This document shows positions 1 through 12,481 of a stretch of DNA of 64,000 nucleotides, piece after piece. Each line of letters begins with the position of its first letter. Position 1 is the stretch's first letter. A program made the translations under genes and the position numbers. Below the pieces are notes generated by a model. It saw only the letters and a program-made list of their open reading frames with translations. It searched no databases and was not told the origin of the DNA. This DNA comes from Trichodelitschia bisporula (Eukaryota), in NCBI GenBank assembly GCA_010356995.1, contig ML996696.1, forward strand, positions 560,364 to 624,363. Reading direction: 5' to 3'.

Positions 1-1003
1 GTTCGCCGAAGCAGGCAAAACGCGAGCCTGAGGACAGGTCACAACCATCACCTCAGACGGGCGAGGCCGAACCTCGAGCTTAGACTCATCGATGATTTTC
101 TGAAAGACGTAGCGCCCTGTCTTCTTGACAGGGTACCGCAGCAAAACGGGGCTGCTCGGATCGAGTGCCTTCTTGCCGCCCAACGCCTTGCTCCTCAACT
201 TCTTAATCTCGGAGCTCTTGATTATAATTGTCTCATTTTCAGCCGTTTCGAAATCTATGCGTTCAAGCTCGATAAGCACGGGGTTCGTCTGGTTGATTTG
301 AATTGGCAGCTCAATGGAGTACTTCGGCCCACCCAGGCAAAAGGACTCGCGATTGGGGTTGAGAAGGGCAGAACCCTCGGGCAAAATGTGGATGACTTGT
401 TTCCCCAGAATCAGAGAAGCGGAGTCAAAGTGCGAGGCCTTCACAGGTTTCTCATCGATGGCCATTTCAGTGTCGAACAGCGCTCTAGCAGCGGCTGCGA
501 ACCAGAAGGTGATTGGGAACTGTAGCCAGTTAGTTCCATTTCTAGGCCGGACTGACAGCACCTACGCCAATCTTGAACATGAGCATGGCATCCAAGACGG
601 CATGAAGCACGAAGAGGACGGTCATCATGGTGGAGGACCATTCCAACCAAGGCACGCGCAACGTTGGAAGGCCAAAGAGAAAGGTGCCGTCTATCGCAAC
701 CCATTTCATGAAGAGCCATAATGACTCCGTGTCATCGGACACCAGCCTGTAAAAGTCGGAGAACCGCCATATCCAGAGTATGGTATAGAATGAGAAGACA
801 ATCAGGCGCTGTGACGCGGCGTCCAAGGTGTTGACGGGGATGAGCGGGGAGGAACCGGCCTTCTTCTGCGATTTGGAGGGAGCCGGGGGAAGCTTCGTGG
901 GGAAAGGCTTCAGAGGTGTAGACACAGCTCCATTCTGTCGTGCCCCATCTCTCGACTGAGGGGTTGACGGGAACGCGGAGCGAAGGCGCGGAGTACTGTC
1001 CAT
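1..1003 (-). CDS. POM152: Nuclear pore membrane protein Pom152, 5' part (runs off the window start)
   Basis: Starts MDSTPRLRSAFPSTPQ, followed by a hydrophobic region (LWLFMKWVAIDGTFLFGLPTLRVPWLEWS). Intron 520-565 (GTAGGT..CTAAC..CAG), then FPITFWF...SLILGKQVIHILPEGSALLNP, which is typical of fungal Pom152. Confidence 0.85.
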
Positions 1004-1855
1004 CGCATCCCGTGGCGTGCAAGAACGGGGGGTTTACGAGAAATGTGTCGCGATCATGGGCGGGCGTACGCCGGCGGCAGGAGGAGATACTGCAGTGGCG
1101 AGCTCGTGGAGTGCGTGTGGGGGAGGGCCTTGTTGTGGTGTTTGTATCCTTTCTCTAGCCTGAACTTTGTTTCTTTGCAAAACGCGTTCGCCAAAAGTTG
1201 AGCATGGGTTGCGGGAGAACGCGTGACGCCCGTCTCGGCTTTTTGGGAGCCTTGGGCGATAAGGCAAAATTTACGGCTGTCGCTTGCGCCTGGGGCGTCT
1301 GGACGCCAAGCAACTTCCTGCCGGTAGAGCATACGTAAAGTTTGTGGCGCATGGTGTTGCATTCACCTCTGTCGGTGCGTCACAATAGCAACGTTTGAAA
1401 GGACTGGTGGACTACATCTGACAATGATATGCAACAGGAAGCCAATTGTGATTCCAGATGTTATAACCCGGACCTAGGATCTTATGTATGCCGAGAATCC
1501 TCATAGAATTATCGCGCCGTTGTTTCCCATCGTCGTACATACGACAGTTTATATACGTAGGTGCCTCAACTCACTAGTTCTAGTTCTACCAAACCTTCCT
1601 CTTTCATACATGCCACGATCCAAATCATCAACACAACCCCTCCTTTCTATGCGTATCGCCTGCCACCGAGTACATACATCAATACCCCCGTTTCCCCAAT
1701 CCTCTGTCAGCCCTTCGCCCACTTCAGCCCGACCCAACTGCCACCCACCTCTTTACCGTCCTTGATAACGCTTTCATTGGTATCTTCCAAAGCTACAATA
1801 TTTGCACAGAAAGGATGTGCTAATTCCTTTCAAGATTCTCCCTTGGATTTTCACC

Positions 1856-3434
1856 ATGGAAACCAAGCCTGCGCCGACAAGCGCTCTGGCAAACAATCGC
1901 GCAACTCCTCCCCGGGACGTTACGCCGGTGGAGGCCCCTGGTTCTTCGAATCCTCGGCGCAGTGGCCGGGCGCGCAAGCGGCCACCCTCCAAGGACCTCT
2001 ACTATGACGAGACCCCGCAGGCCTGTCCCCCTCGCGCCGAGATGGAAGGACCCCGCCCCAAGCGGCAGCGAAAGGTTACCCAGCCGGACCCCAGTGGATG
2101 TCGCCGGCAGGTCCACTACAGCCCCCCATACCAAGCCGCCACCGAAGAGGAGAAACAGAACTGGAAGGGGTTCTGCGAAATCGAATCAGACCCCGCCTTC
2201 TTCAGCAGCATGCTCCGTGATTTCGGGGTCAAAGGTGTCAAGGTGACCGAAGTTTTGGGCTTGGATGAAGACATGCTCCAGCTCTTGCCTCAGCCTATCT
2301 ATGGCCTCATCTTCCTTTTCCAGTATCAGGGGGTTGATGCCGGTGAGCAGGAAGACACTGCCCCGAATCACGTATGGTTCGCCACCCAAGGTGCCGCTAA
2401 CATGTGTGCGACCGTCGCATTGCTGAACATTGTCAACAACATTCCTGATGCCGAGCTGGGTCCAGAGCTGCGAGACTTCAAGGCGCAGACCATGGGCATG
2501 ACGCCTATCGAGCGTGGGAGGTGGCTGGAAAGCTTCAGGCACATCAAGAATGTGCACAATTCCTTCGCTCGGTCAGTGTGCCACCACTCTCCGAAGTCTC
2601 CGTTGTGGAGGGCTAATATGCCAATAGCAAGATAGACATGCTGAATATCGACCTCCATGCAAAGCAGCAGGCGGATGTCGCGGCTGCGGCGGCGAAGAAG
2701 CCGCGGGGAAGGGGAGGCAAGGGTCGCAAAGCAGTGGCTGAAGAAGCCGCCTTCCACTTTGTTGCCTACGTACCCATTGAAAATGAGATATGGCGTCTTG
2801 ACGGGCTAGACACACAGCCACAGAAGTTCGGTAAGCCCCGATTGCCCACTTTCACGTGTACAAAGCTGACGAAGCAAAAGGTTCACATGAGGGCCAAAAC
2901 TGGCTCAAGGTGATTGCTCCAGTTCTTGCCGCTCGCATGAATGAATTTACGGACGGAGAACTCGAGTTTACGCTGTTGGCGCTTGTCAAGGATCCCCTCG
3001 ATTCCATACGCGAGGCACTCACGGCTAATATGCGACACCTGCGCACCATAGAAGCTCGTTTGGACTCGTGCTCCTCTTCATGGAAGGATTTCACTCCCTG
3101 GACCGACCCAGACGAGAGCCGGAGTTTTCGCGGTCCTGACGAAGCGATTGGCATAACGGAGGCTATGGTTGTCGCGTGCCGATCGCCGAGCGTCCCAGAG
3201 TATACGGCAACAGACACCCAAGCGTCACTACTCGAAGGTCGCATGACAGTCATTGCCGAACAAAAGTCACTGAGGGCCCAATTGCGAGACGAGATGTTCT
3301 CTAGGAATCAGGACGACCAGAAGACGGTTGACCGCAAGGCTGAGTATGGGCCATTCATCCAGGGGTGGCTCATGGCTCTGGCAGAGAATGGGGTCTTGCA
3401 ACAGCTCACCAAGAAGTACTCCACAAAAAAGTAG
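1856..3434 (+). CDS. Ubiquitin C-terminal hydrolase, peptidase C12 family (UCH37/BAP1-like)
   Basis: Motifs EIESDPAFF..DFGVKGV, IYGLIFLF, catalytic Q..N.C (QGAANMCAT), HNSFAR, FHFVAYVP and LDGL. C-terminal ULD-like RKAEYGPFIQGWLMALAENGVL. Introns at about 2572-2627 and 2831-2880. Confidence 0.9.
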
Positions 3435-4071
3435 TTCGGTTATCTCATGGGCGTACGGTGTCGGTATGAAGGGCTTGCACTATACGAGCGCCCATTATTG
3501 TTATACTGACTGGCGGCTTGGACCATATGGCTGAAGAGATACCAAACCAGGGAGCAGGATGCATATAATGTCTTGCTTATTTCACAGGATGGAGTTTTCA
3601 AGTCATCTGCTGGAGTCAACCTGTATGCATTCATTTCTGGTACTGGCGAGCTACGGATGTGCATAGATACCCCAAACTCTGATAATTGCCCCTCAAAACT
3701 GGCACAAAACTTGGATGAAAACTGATATGGCCTTAGATATGAGATAGCTGTTATGACCAGGTTGTGCGCATGTATTTGTGATGTGATTCGCCACCCACGG
3801 TCGCTATGTTGCGCCGTTGCTAGGTGGTGCCGTCTGGGCTGTGTTTGGTCGGAACGTTGGAGCAATCTTCTCGTTGTCCCGTGGCTGAAGGGCCTGGTTG
3901 CCCCCGCAACGATTGCGCCTTGCCCAAAAGGGGAAAATGTAAACCCCACCCCCAGGATTGGGACAAGAGCAAATTAATAGAAAAAGCGAGAGGACCGTGT
4001 GATCCCGCAGTCGCAGAGCCTTTCGTCCTAAACCGCCTCAAATATTTTGGATTCGACAGCGGGACTGTGAC

Positions 4072-7000
4072 ATGATGCAGCGCATTTACCCGGAAGAGAT
4101 GCCATGTCCACCTGCGCTTGGGGTTGGCGATCAGCCCTTCTACCTAAGCGCCTACCCAGCAGGCTACGCGGGCTATGCGCCGCACCACATACCGCCATTT
4201 CCTCCCGTCCCGCCCTACACCAACCGCATCCCATACGCGCATCTTCCACCCTATGCGTCCTACGCTCCACCAGCCATGCTTTCTCCGCTTGACGAAGACA
4301 CGGCCAACATCCAGTATACCAGGGAGATTCCGCGCAACGTCTTGAATGCGAAGCCGAAGAGACGATCGAGCATAGTACCTCCGGCAGCAGTTGCGACGAC
4401 GTCAACAACAACAGCAACAATGCCCGCGCCGGCGCGGCTGTCGGCGCGCAAAGTATCAGGATCCACGGTATCGATTCACGAAGATCAGACGAGCGGCATG
4501 TCGTCGCGAACGAAGTCGACACGAAGTGTGGGCGCGAGTTCTGTGGTGTCGTCCCGCGTCTCCTCTGCTGCATCGTCCCATGGCACAATGGCAACAATGG
4601 CAACAATGGCAACAATGGCTACAATGGCCTCCAAGACCACCACCACCACCACGGCCAGCAGACGGAAGGTGCGAGCCCAACATCAAGATCAGTCCTTGGC
4701 GACAGTAGAAAGGCCAAACCACGCACATAAGCAGGCGCGACCTGTACCAGCACCTGTACCCGCACCTGCGCCTGCACCTGCACCTGCACCTGCCCAGACA
4801 TCTCACGGTATCACAGGCAAACCTTCGCGCAGGCGCGTGTCTGTGCTCCTCAAGGAACGCGCCGTTTCTGCCCGTACCGTCAGCTTGGATTCTGCCTCCT
4901 CCTCCAAGGCCACTTCTACTACCTCAACCTCCACCCTCAAGCGCAATCCGCGCAGGCAATCGACCCTGCACGCCCCCCCATCCCCCCAACAAGTCCGTTC
5001 CGCCAACGCCCACCCGACTACTGCGCATACCGCCATTGCTTCTCCCCCATCAAAAACGCGGTCGCGACGTTCGCAAGCCTCTCCAAACGTCGGCCTCGAT
5101 TTGGTGACTGTTTCTGACGACGAGAAGCCAAAGTCAGCCATGCGTTCGCGTTACCTTCGTCCGCGCGGTCCCGAGCGCGGTCCCCTGATGCCGCTCATGG
5201 GGCAGCTTCCTACAGCTCAGTACCACGGTCAGGGTTCGGGTCCCGGGAAGGAGAACAAGCCGCCTGGCCAGAACGGTGAGGATCACTTGGGCGATGGGGA
5301 CGACAAGATGCCCAACGGCGAGGGGCTCGCGCAAGTTCGCCTGCGCTCCGCTGGCTTCCACTCCTACTACTCGCCTAGGAAGCGCGCTGCTTCCACCTCC
5401 ATCCTCGAGGATTGCCCGAAGCCTAAGAATGTCAAGACCGCGCCGTCGAAGGTATGCAAATTTCCCAGGCTTAAGCCATCCCCCCTCGCCCAATCGCATC
5501 CGCCGATACATTGTGTTCAAAACACTAACCGCTTTGACGCACAGATCGAATCCGCGTATGAGGTTCTCCCTGAGGATCTGCCGCATGCTCGGATGTTCGA
5601 GGATCACTGGCTCGAGCGCCAGGAAGTCACTCTTACTCAGCTCATCAACCAGATTCTCAAGGATGCTGGCCTCAAGGACCACCAGCCTGTCGATTATGAG
5701 GTCACTAGGCGCCGCATGGTTACCTTCCAGGGTCAATGCATCACGATCCACCAGCGCTTGCGCGCTTCCTTGCTTTGCGGGGCTCTGAGCATCCCGAACG
5801 AGGTCATTGCTAATAACATCAACATCAAAGATGACGTTGGCCTCCGTAAGAAGTTTCTCGCTCTGTTCACCAAGACGTACGATCTCAAGGCTCTTCGCAT
5901 GGCTGCCGAAGCTGTTGTCGGCCGCCAGATTGTCGTGCCGCAGTCGACGGCTGCGATCATCGAAGGCCGCCACAAGTACCTGACCCAGCGCCAATCGACG
6001 GACTCGACGACCTCGGCGACCTCGACGACCTCGACTGACGAGTTGCGAGCGGAGCGCCGTGTCATCGATAGATTCTTGGCCACCTTTTTTGTCAAGCACG
6101 AAGACACCTTCGGCACGCATTTCGGAATCATTGGCACAGTTGCCCGCGAGAACGACCGTAGGGGAGAAGAGTTTGGCTCCCCTGCTTGGGCGTGGCGTCG
6201 CACCGTCCTGTCGTGTCTGATGCTCGTACTCACTCTGGACAAGTCCAAGGAAGATGGTCTGATCTCTGGCTGCCTTTTCCAGGCCTCATCTCCTTTCAAG
6301 AGCTCCGAGGCCGTTCTCCAAGCCTTTGGTTCTCTCATGCTTCCGACTCTTGGGGATGTCATCCGTCCGTTGCGTCGTCTTGGCTATGAGGTCAATGTTC
6401 AGCAGAACGACATCCAGGAATACCGCTACAAGGTCAGCAACCTGGCTACGGACCTTCGCGACGGCATCATTCTGGCGAAAATTGCCGAGCTTGTTCCAGC
6501 TGCTGGCTGTGGGTTCAACTTCGCCCCGATTGCTGCTCAGCTGAAGTGCCCGGCTAAGTCAACCACCACCAAGGAGCACAACGTGGCCTTGACGCTTTCT
6601 GCTCTGCATGACATGGACTACCAGACGCTTTGGCACGTCACTCGCGGTATCGATGCGATCGACATTGTCCAGGGCCATCGCGAGAAGACTATGGGTCTGC
6701 TGTGGGGCATCATCAGCTCCACTGGCATGGGTCAGCTGGTCGACTGGATCGCTATGGAGAAGGAGGTTGTAGCTTTCAACGCTACCGCCAATCTTGATGT
6801 AGCCAACGGCATTGAGCATGTACCCCCCCACACTCCGGTCTACTACCGTCTCATGCTGCAGTCCTGGGCCGCTACCATTGCTCACCGGCGCCACATCAGC
6901 GTCACCAATCTCACTAGTTGCTTTGCGTCGGGCAAAGTTTTCGAAGCCATCGTTGATGAGTACTTCCAGTACTTTACGCCGGTTGCTGAGTTCCACAACG

Positions 7001-7470
7001 ACGGCCATCTCCCGCTGGCTGCCAAACTTCGTGCCATTGGTTGCAGTGAGGCTTTCATCAATCTCTGCATTGGGCAGACTCGGGCCGCCCACTTCACGTC
7101 GCCAACTCTCGACTTTACGCTCTCAACGCTGACGTTCCTTGCTGCTCGTTTGATTCCCGCGGCCAAGACCTCGCGTGCGGCATCGACTATCCAGCGCGCC
7201 TTCCGTGCGCGTCTTGCTCGTCTGGAAATCTCGAAGCACATCAAGGCTGCGGTTCTGGCACACCATTGTGCTCACGTGGTCGCTGCTCGCGAGCGTGTCG
7301 TCGGTGCGGCGGTCGTGCTCCAGCGTGCGTGGCGCGCGGTTTTAGACCAGCGCATCGACAACATGGTTCGGGATGTCACCTCGTTCCAGGCCGTCGCTCG
7401 TGGCTGGATCGGTCGTCGCAAGGTCAAGGGCACGTATGGCAAGAAGCTGCGTATTCGCGGGGGTTGGTAG
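4072..7470 (+). CDS. ASPM/abnormal-spindle-like calponin-homology and IQ-motif protein
   Basis: Low-complexity N-terminus, then CH-domain motifs NLATDLRDGIILAKIAEL and IVQGHREKTMGLLWGII. C-terminal IQ motifs IQRAFRARL, LQRAWRAVL and FQAVARGWIGRR. Probable in-frame intron 5452-5544. Confidence 0.85.
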   Translation: MMQRIYPEEMPCPPALGVGDQPFYLSAYPAGYAGYAPHHIPPFPPVPPYTNRIPYAHLPPYASYAPPAMLSPLDEDTANIQYTREIPRNVLNAKPKRRSSIVPPAAVATTSTTTATMPAPARLSARKVSGSTVSIHEDQTSGMSSRTKSTRSVGASSVVSSRVSSAASSHGTMATMATMATMATMASKTTTTTTASRRKVRAQHQDQSLATVERPNHAHKQARPVPAPVPAPAPAPAPAPAQTSHGITGKPSRRRVSVLLKERAVSARTVSLDSASSSKATSTTSTSTLKRNPRRQSTLHAPPSPQQVRSANAHPTTAHTAIASPPSKTRSRRSQASPNVGLDLVTVSDDEKPKSAMRSRYLRPRGPERGPLMPLMGQLPTAQYHGQGSGPGKENKPPGQNGEDHLGDGDDKMPNGEGLAQVRLRSAGFHSYYSPRKRAASTSILEDCPKPKNVKTAPSKVCKFPRLKPSPLAQSHPPIHCVQNTNRFDAQIESAYEVLPEDLPHARMFEDHWLERQEVTLTQLINQILKDAGLKDHQPVDYEVTRRRMVTFQGQCITIHQRLRASLLCGALSIPNEVIANNINIKDDVGLRKKFLALFTKTYDLKALRMAAEAVVGRQIVVPQSTAAIIEGRHKYLTQRQSTDSTTSATSTTSTDELRAERRVIDRFLATFFVKHEDTFGTHFGIIGTVARENDRRGEEFGSPAWAWRRTVLSCLMLVLTLDKSKEDGLISGCLFQASSPFKSSEAVLQAFGSLMLPTLGDVIRPLRRLGYEVNVQQNDIQEYRYKVSNLATDLRDGIILAKIAELVPAAGCGFNFAPIAAQLKCPAKSTTTKEHNVALTLSALHDMDYQTLWHVTRGIDAIDIVQGHREKTMGLLWGIISSTGMGQLVDWIAMEKEVVAFNATANLDVANGIEHVPPHTPVYYRLMLQSWAATIAHRRHISVTNLTSCFASGKVFEAIVDEYFQYFTPVAEFHNDGHLPLAAKLRAIGCSEAFINLCIGQTRAAHFTSPTLDFTLSTLTFLAARLIPAAKTSRAASTIQRAFRARLARLEISKHIKAAVLAHHCAHVVAARERVVGAAVVLQRAWRAVLDQRIDNMVRDVTSFQAVARGWIGRRKVKGTYGKKLRIRGGW
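4580..4629 (+). repeat. 9-bp coding tandem repeat (ATGGCAACA)n encoding (MAT)n
   Basis: About 5 near-perfect copies of acaatggca/acaatggct, read directly from the sequence. Confidence 0.9.
4741..4794 (+). repeat. 6-bp coding repeat (GCACCT)n encoding a Pro-Ala/Val run
   Basis: cctgtaccagcacctgtacccgcacctgcgcctgcacctgcacctgcacctgcc translates as PVPAPVPAPAPAPAPAPA. Confidence 0.85.
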
Positions 7471-8222
7471 ATAGTTGGGCATGATCTCCTGGGACTTGCC
7501 GGTTTCTTTGATTTCCGGCGTTGGGCTCAGGGTTGGGTGCGTTACGATACTGTGAAATGGGGGTTCTTTGTAGGAAATGGTCTGGTGAATGGATTCGGGC
7601 GCTTTTCTGTAACGCTGGAGTCTGGCTGGGTGATATTCTACAGGTGGAAACCATATGATGTGGAGCGTGGCGTTGGGAGGAGTCTTACTATTGCTCTGAA
7701 TTGACGTCACCTGTTCTGCTGCTATGATTCTGTTGCCATAACTTCGTGAGGTTTCCCGTGTCCTCCGTCATCTCAACCCTGAGGTGTTCAACCCCTTTCA
7801 AGTCCATGTCTTTTCAATGACGCGAGAGGGTGGTATCATACATTAAGAGCTCAGTATAACGACTTCAAAGTAACATCACATCACCTTGGACTCGCAAGCA
7901 AAGTTCAAACCTGAATTTAGAAAAAGAGGCGACTACCTAAATAGACAAAGTCTACATCAAACTACGCCAACAGGTCGATCAGACCTAGTCACCGCGATAT
8001 CATTCCACTACACCTAGCCGAAAGGGGCACTCAAAGACAGCGGTGAGGAGAAATTGCCCAGTGCAAGATGAACAGTGCACGTAAAACACTCCCACTCCCA
8101 TACCGGCCCGAAATAAACGTTCTCCTACCTCCAGCGCCCAACTACCACAGTTCAGTCATCTTCATTGTCTAGTAAGAGCCGCATCGTAGGGTCATAGGTC
8201 ACGTCGCTCGTCACGCAATGGC

Positions 8223-11200
8223 TTAGCCGAAGAACGCCCGCACCGTGTGTTGCGTTTCCGGTGACATACCGGCCAGAAGCTGGTTCGCGTCAAGCCCGGC
8301 CGTCGCGACAAGTTGCTTGGCTGCGCCGACGATCCGCGATGCGGTTTGGCCCTGCAGAGTCTCTGCCTCCAGCGCTTGGACGATGAATGTGAAGCACTTG
8401 GCGGCCTGTTGAAGGACGGCCGGGTTTTGCCTAAAACGAGTTAGTCAACGCCTGATTCCGAGATAGAAGCGAGAAACTTACTGCTCAATGAGCTGAGCCA
8501 GAAATGAGTACGCATATGGCGCGGCCTCTTCGTCATTGGTAACGGGCAATGTGTCCACCCACGCGGTTACAACCTCCTGCACATTCGCCACCTTGTTGCT
8601 GCAGTAGTGGAGGATCTTGGCAATGGCGGCGCTGGCATTCTCAGTGGCATAGACGTCGTCTTCCTCCCGAGCATTTGGTCGCCGAGTGACCTCGAACAGA
8701 ACGGGAAGGCTCGCAGCAACGAACTCAGCCCACGCCTCTCCACCGAATCGCGCAGCGATGCCCACGCCGTAGACTGCGGCTTGCCGGTTGGCGGCCACAT
8801 CGTCCCGCATGCCGGCTACAAGAGGCTGAATGATATGGGGGCTGTAGTTCCAGCTCTGTGGGCCGCAGAACTCGAGAACATCGTCATAGATGCAGATTGC
8901 CCACTGCCGCTGCGTCGGGTCCGGGCTCTGAGCGAAGTTATCGCAAAAGATGAGAAGACGTTCCCAAAATGGCAGGAACTCGACGCCCATGTTCTTGAAA
9001 ATGGTGTGGAACGCCTTGTTCATGTCTGACAGGAGGGTTTGGTCGTCTTCGATGGCGAAAAGCATCTCCTCCGTCTCTTCTTCACCATCGTCCCGTTCTT
9101 GCGCTTCCTCGGCGCGCTCCTTGACCCGGTTCTGGTACTCTTCGAGCACGCCCTTGGCAGATTCAACAAATGTCTCCATGTGAGTTTTGGTAAGACAATT
9201 CTTCCCAATGACCTCAACGCACTCGTAGAAGCACGTGTACATCTCAGCCAAGGTATCGATGGCAGGCTCCGTGCTAAGAACCTCGAGGACCTTTTCTACA
9301 GTACGCTCCCACAGCTGGCCCAGCTGGATGGACTCTGGACCATGGGCCTTCTTGTACGCATTCAGAAGCTGAGGTACGCACTTAGCCGATGCAACCCGAA
9401 CAGGGTCATGGAAGAAGAAAGCCAGTCCGGGAAGAGCAATCTTGTCCATGATATCGTTGACGTAAGGCTCGAAAGCTCCTTGCAAGACTTGGGCGTAGAT
9501 GACGATGAGTTCAATGGCCATATGCTTATCCTCGAGAGCACTGGTCTTGATACCGATGACCTTGCCCTTGAGGGGCACCAGTTCCCAGCCTTCCTCTTGC
9601 TCAATGGTTGCGATTTGCTCATCGTCGTCAAGCAGTTGAATGTCAGCCTTAGCTCCGGCCAAGGACGTAAGCGGTGGCATGACGGCCGGGAGGTACGGAA
9701 GGAAATCCGCACCGAGCACACGACACATACGGCCCCAGCAGTGCAGGAGGTACGACGCCTGGGGATCGTCTTGATCGGTGATATTCTCTGAACCGGATTA
9801 GCATTGCTGCATGTCTTGCGTGCATATGCACGTACCTTGAATGGTGCCAAGCAGCTGCACCAGCCCAAGTGCATCTGCACCCATCCGTTCCTTGCCAACG
9901 GCCAAGGCTGCACCTGTTAGTAATGGCAGGAAAGCAGCTCCGGAAAATACATACCAATCAGAGTCGCACACTCCATAGCCTTAGCTCGCAGTAGACGATA
10001 CTCCTTGGATTGTTCTTCCCGAAGCACATTGAAGAGCAGAGGCATAAGCGTATCATAGTAGCGTCCGAACGCCGACTCGGCGGAGTCCGCAACGGTGGCA
10101 ATGGTAGAGAGAGCCTGCTCTTGAACAAAGCGCTTAGGGCTCTGCAGAAGCAGGAGAAGGTGCTGAAGAAGGTTGTCGAGATATGGCTCAAGAACATTCT
10201 TCTCCGCTTCTTCACAGAAGTTGACAAGAGCGGCAGCAGCGTGGGCCTGCACCCTAGGCTCCGACGACTCCAACACTGGAATTATGCTCGGGAGAACCAT
10301 GTTGTGGTATTTCTCCTGCATGGGTCCGGCAAAGTCCGTACTCATTTGGCCGAGCGCATTACATCCCGCCCAGCGCACACGAGGATGGGGGTCCCGTAGC
10401 GCGGGCACGACGAGATCGAGCACCTTGTCGAGCTCGCCCACCATGAGTTCACGACAACCTTCCGAGATGGCGGATATCGCCATGAGCGCTGCATGGCGGT
10501 CTCTCCACGTAGATGAGTTCATCATGCGAGGAAGCCAGTTGAAAGTGGGCGGAAGTAATGCCTGACCGCCAAGCCTGTTAGCAAGGCGGTCCATCGTTTG
10601 CTCGCCGGCAACATGGTTCGCATCACTGTCGTCGATATCCAACTATGCAAGGTTAGCTTTTGCAGGGTAGAACTCGGGAAAAAACCAACATCTTCGGAAC
10701 TATTCCATTCGCTAGCATCGTCATCGTCAATACCAACGTCCGTCATAAGCGACAAGCACTGTGTCACCATTTCGGAAATGTAGGAAGGGTCCTTTTTGCA
10801 CATAGCAGCGTTGTATTCTGCGAACGTAGCCATCAACTCGAGTGCGTTTTGACGTGTTGTGTCTGTGAGTTCCTTGTCCTGGATAACGGTAACGCTAAAC
10901 GTAACCAGGTTGTTGAAGAAAGGTTTGAACATCTTGGAAGCTACTTCGGCCATGTCGATGAGTGCCATGAATGCGCGGCTGAGTTGCTCCGAGTCCGATG
11001 CCTCCTTAAGCGGTGGGAGGATGTTGAGAATATCAGGAAGTAGCTGATAGTACTTCTGTTGCGACTTCCGATTGATCGAACGGAAGAAGGAGGAGAAGGC
11101 CTCCGCAGCAGTAAGTTGAACCTAAACAGCAATCAGAATCAGTTAGGCCAAGGCTCTGAAATCTTACATTGTGGTCCACGTCTTTAAACCCCTTGGAAAA

Positions 11201-11851
11201 CGCAGCCAAAACAACATCTTCGTGTTGCTTCTCGATTATACCAGGCGTCGTCGCAAATATCCTAAAGGCAACCTCGCGCTGATTACGGTCATCCGATTGG
11301 CTTGCTGTGAAGAGAGCGCCGAGGAGCTCTGGCCACTGTTCGCCTAAAGGTTGTGAGCATAAAGCCCTTCAGTTCAGGCTGAGAGGTGTACCTTCTTCTG
11401 TGTATTGACGGGCAACTTCTGCGACAGCATCGGAGATCTTATTCCGCACTTGGTTTAGGTGCTCAGTCGCCAAACACAGCAGGAGCTTCGTCCGAATGGC
11501 TTCTCGTTGTGGCGGGAGAAGGCTCATGAACAACTCCTTGGTAAGGTCGGATGTGGGGTCCTTACGGGTACGGTTGGAAATGCGGCGGAACAGGACCGCT
11601 CCAAAGGAGCGCGTCTATTCAGGGACAAAAAAGTTAGTATGAAGTGAATCTCAAGAGTTTAGGATTCATACTGCGTCATCGGCGCCTTGTATCTGCTCCA
11701 CGAGGCCCATGAGGAGAACCTCAGGTCGAGGCTGTATCCAGTCTACATTCAACTGTTCTTCGGCCTGAGTTCGCAAGACGTTGTCTGGTGCTTGAAGGCC
11801 TTGTAGCAGCTGTGCGAGAGCCGCGTGCACTTCCGGTGGCAGAACCGACAT
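8223..11851 (-). CDS. PSE1: Importin beta-3 / karyopherin Kap121 (Pse1, importin-5), 8 exons
   Basis: Starts [23 protein letters not shown]-repeat motifs [51 protein letters not shown] and [12 protein letters not shown]. Seven GT-AG introns join the ORF fragments. Ends RAFFG*. Confidence 0.93.
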
Positions 11852-12481
11852 AGTGAAAACAGCGTGTGAGTCGAGTTGAGGGAGGAAGGCGGGGAGGGAA
11901 TACGTAAAGGAGGAAGCGGGGAGATGCGCCTCGGCGCGGCAAGCAAGGTACGGGGTTGAAATATCAAAGAATACGGATGGGAAGCGGAGAGTCTTATCTG
12001 GGTGGTGGACGGGAGTTGCAAGATCGAGGAGGGGTGAAAGTTGAGAGTCGCGCAGCGTGTTGTTCGGAGCCGTGCGTCCGTCGTGGGGCAGCATATCAAA
12101 AATGTCCCTTGGGTCGGTTGCCAAGCCCACCATGCCACCCACTGACCCTGGCTGCTTGGCTTTGACCTTTGAGCTCGGACGGGTCCTTACGGCACGAGCT
12201 GAAGCTCTCTAAGCCCTCCTCGCACTGATTGGAACACGTAGGTAATGGTAGGCAGGAGTCACGGGTGGATCACAGCTGTGGAATGTATTCAGAATACTGA
12301 GCAAATAGCTGATATTTAATGAGTGTTATCTGTGAATGTACTTCACGATTGAAGTCCAACCCATTTTGGCTATCTGTAATATGGTTTCATCCTGGGGAAA
12401 TGGGAATTTTAGTGAAGGGATATCTTGGGGATAAATTCAGAGAGAGAACACATCGATGACGACTTGCAGCGCAACAACAAA

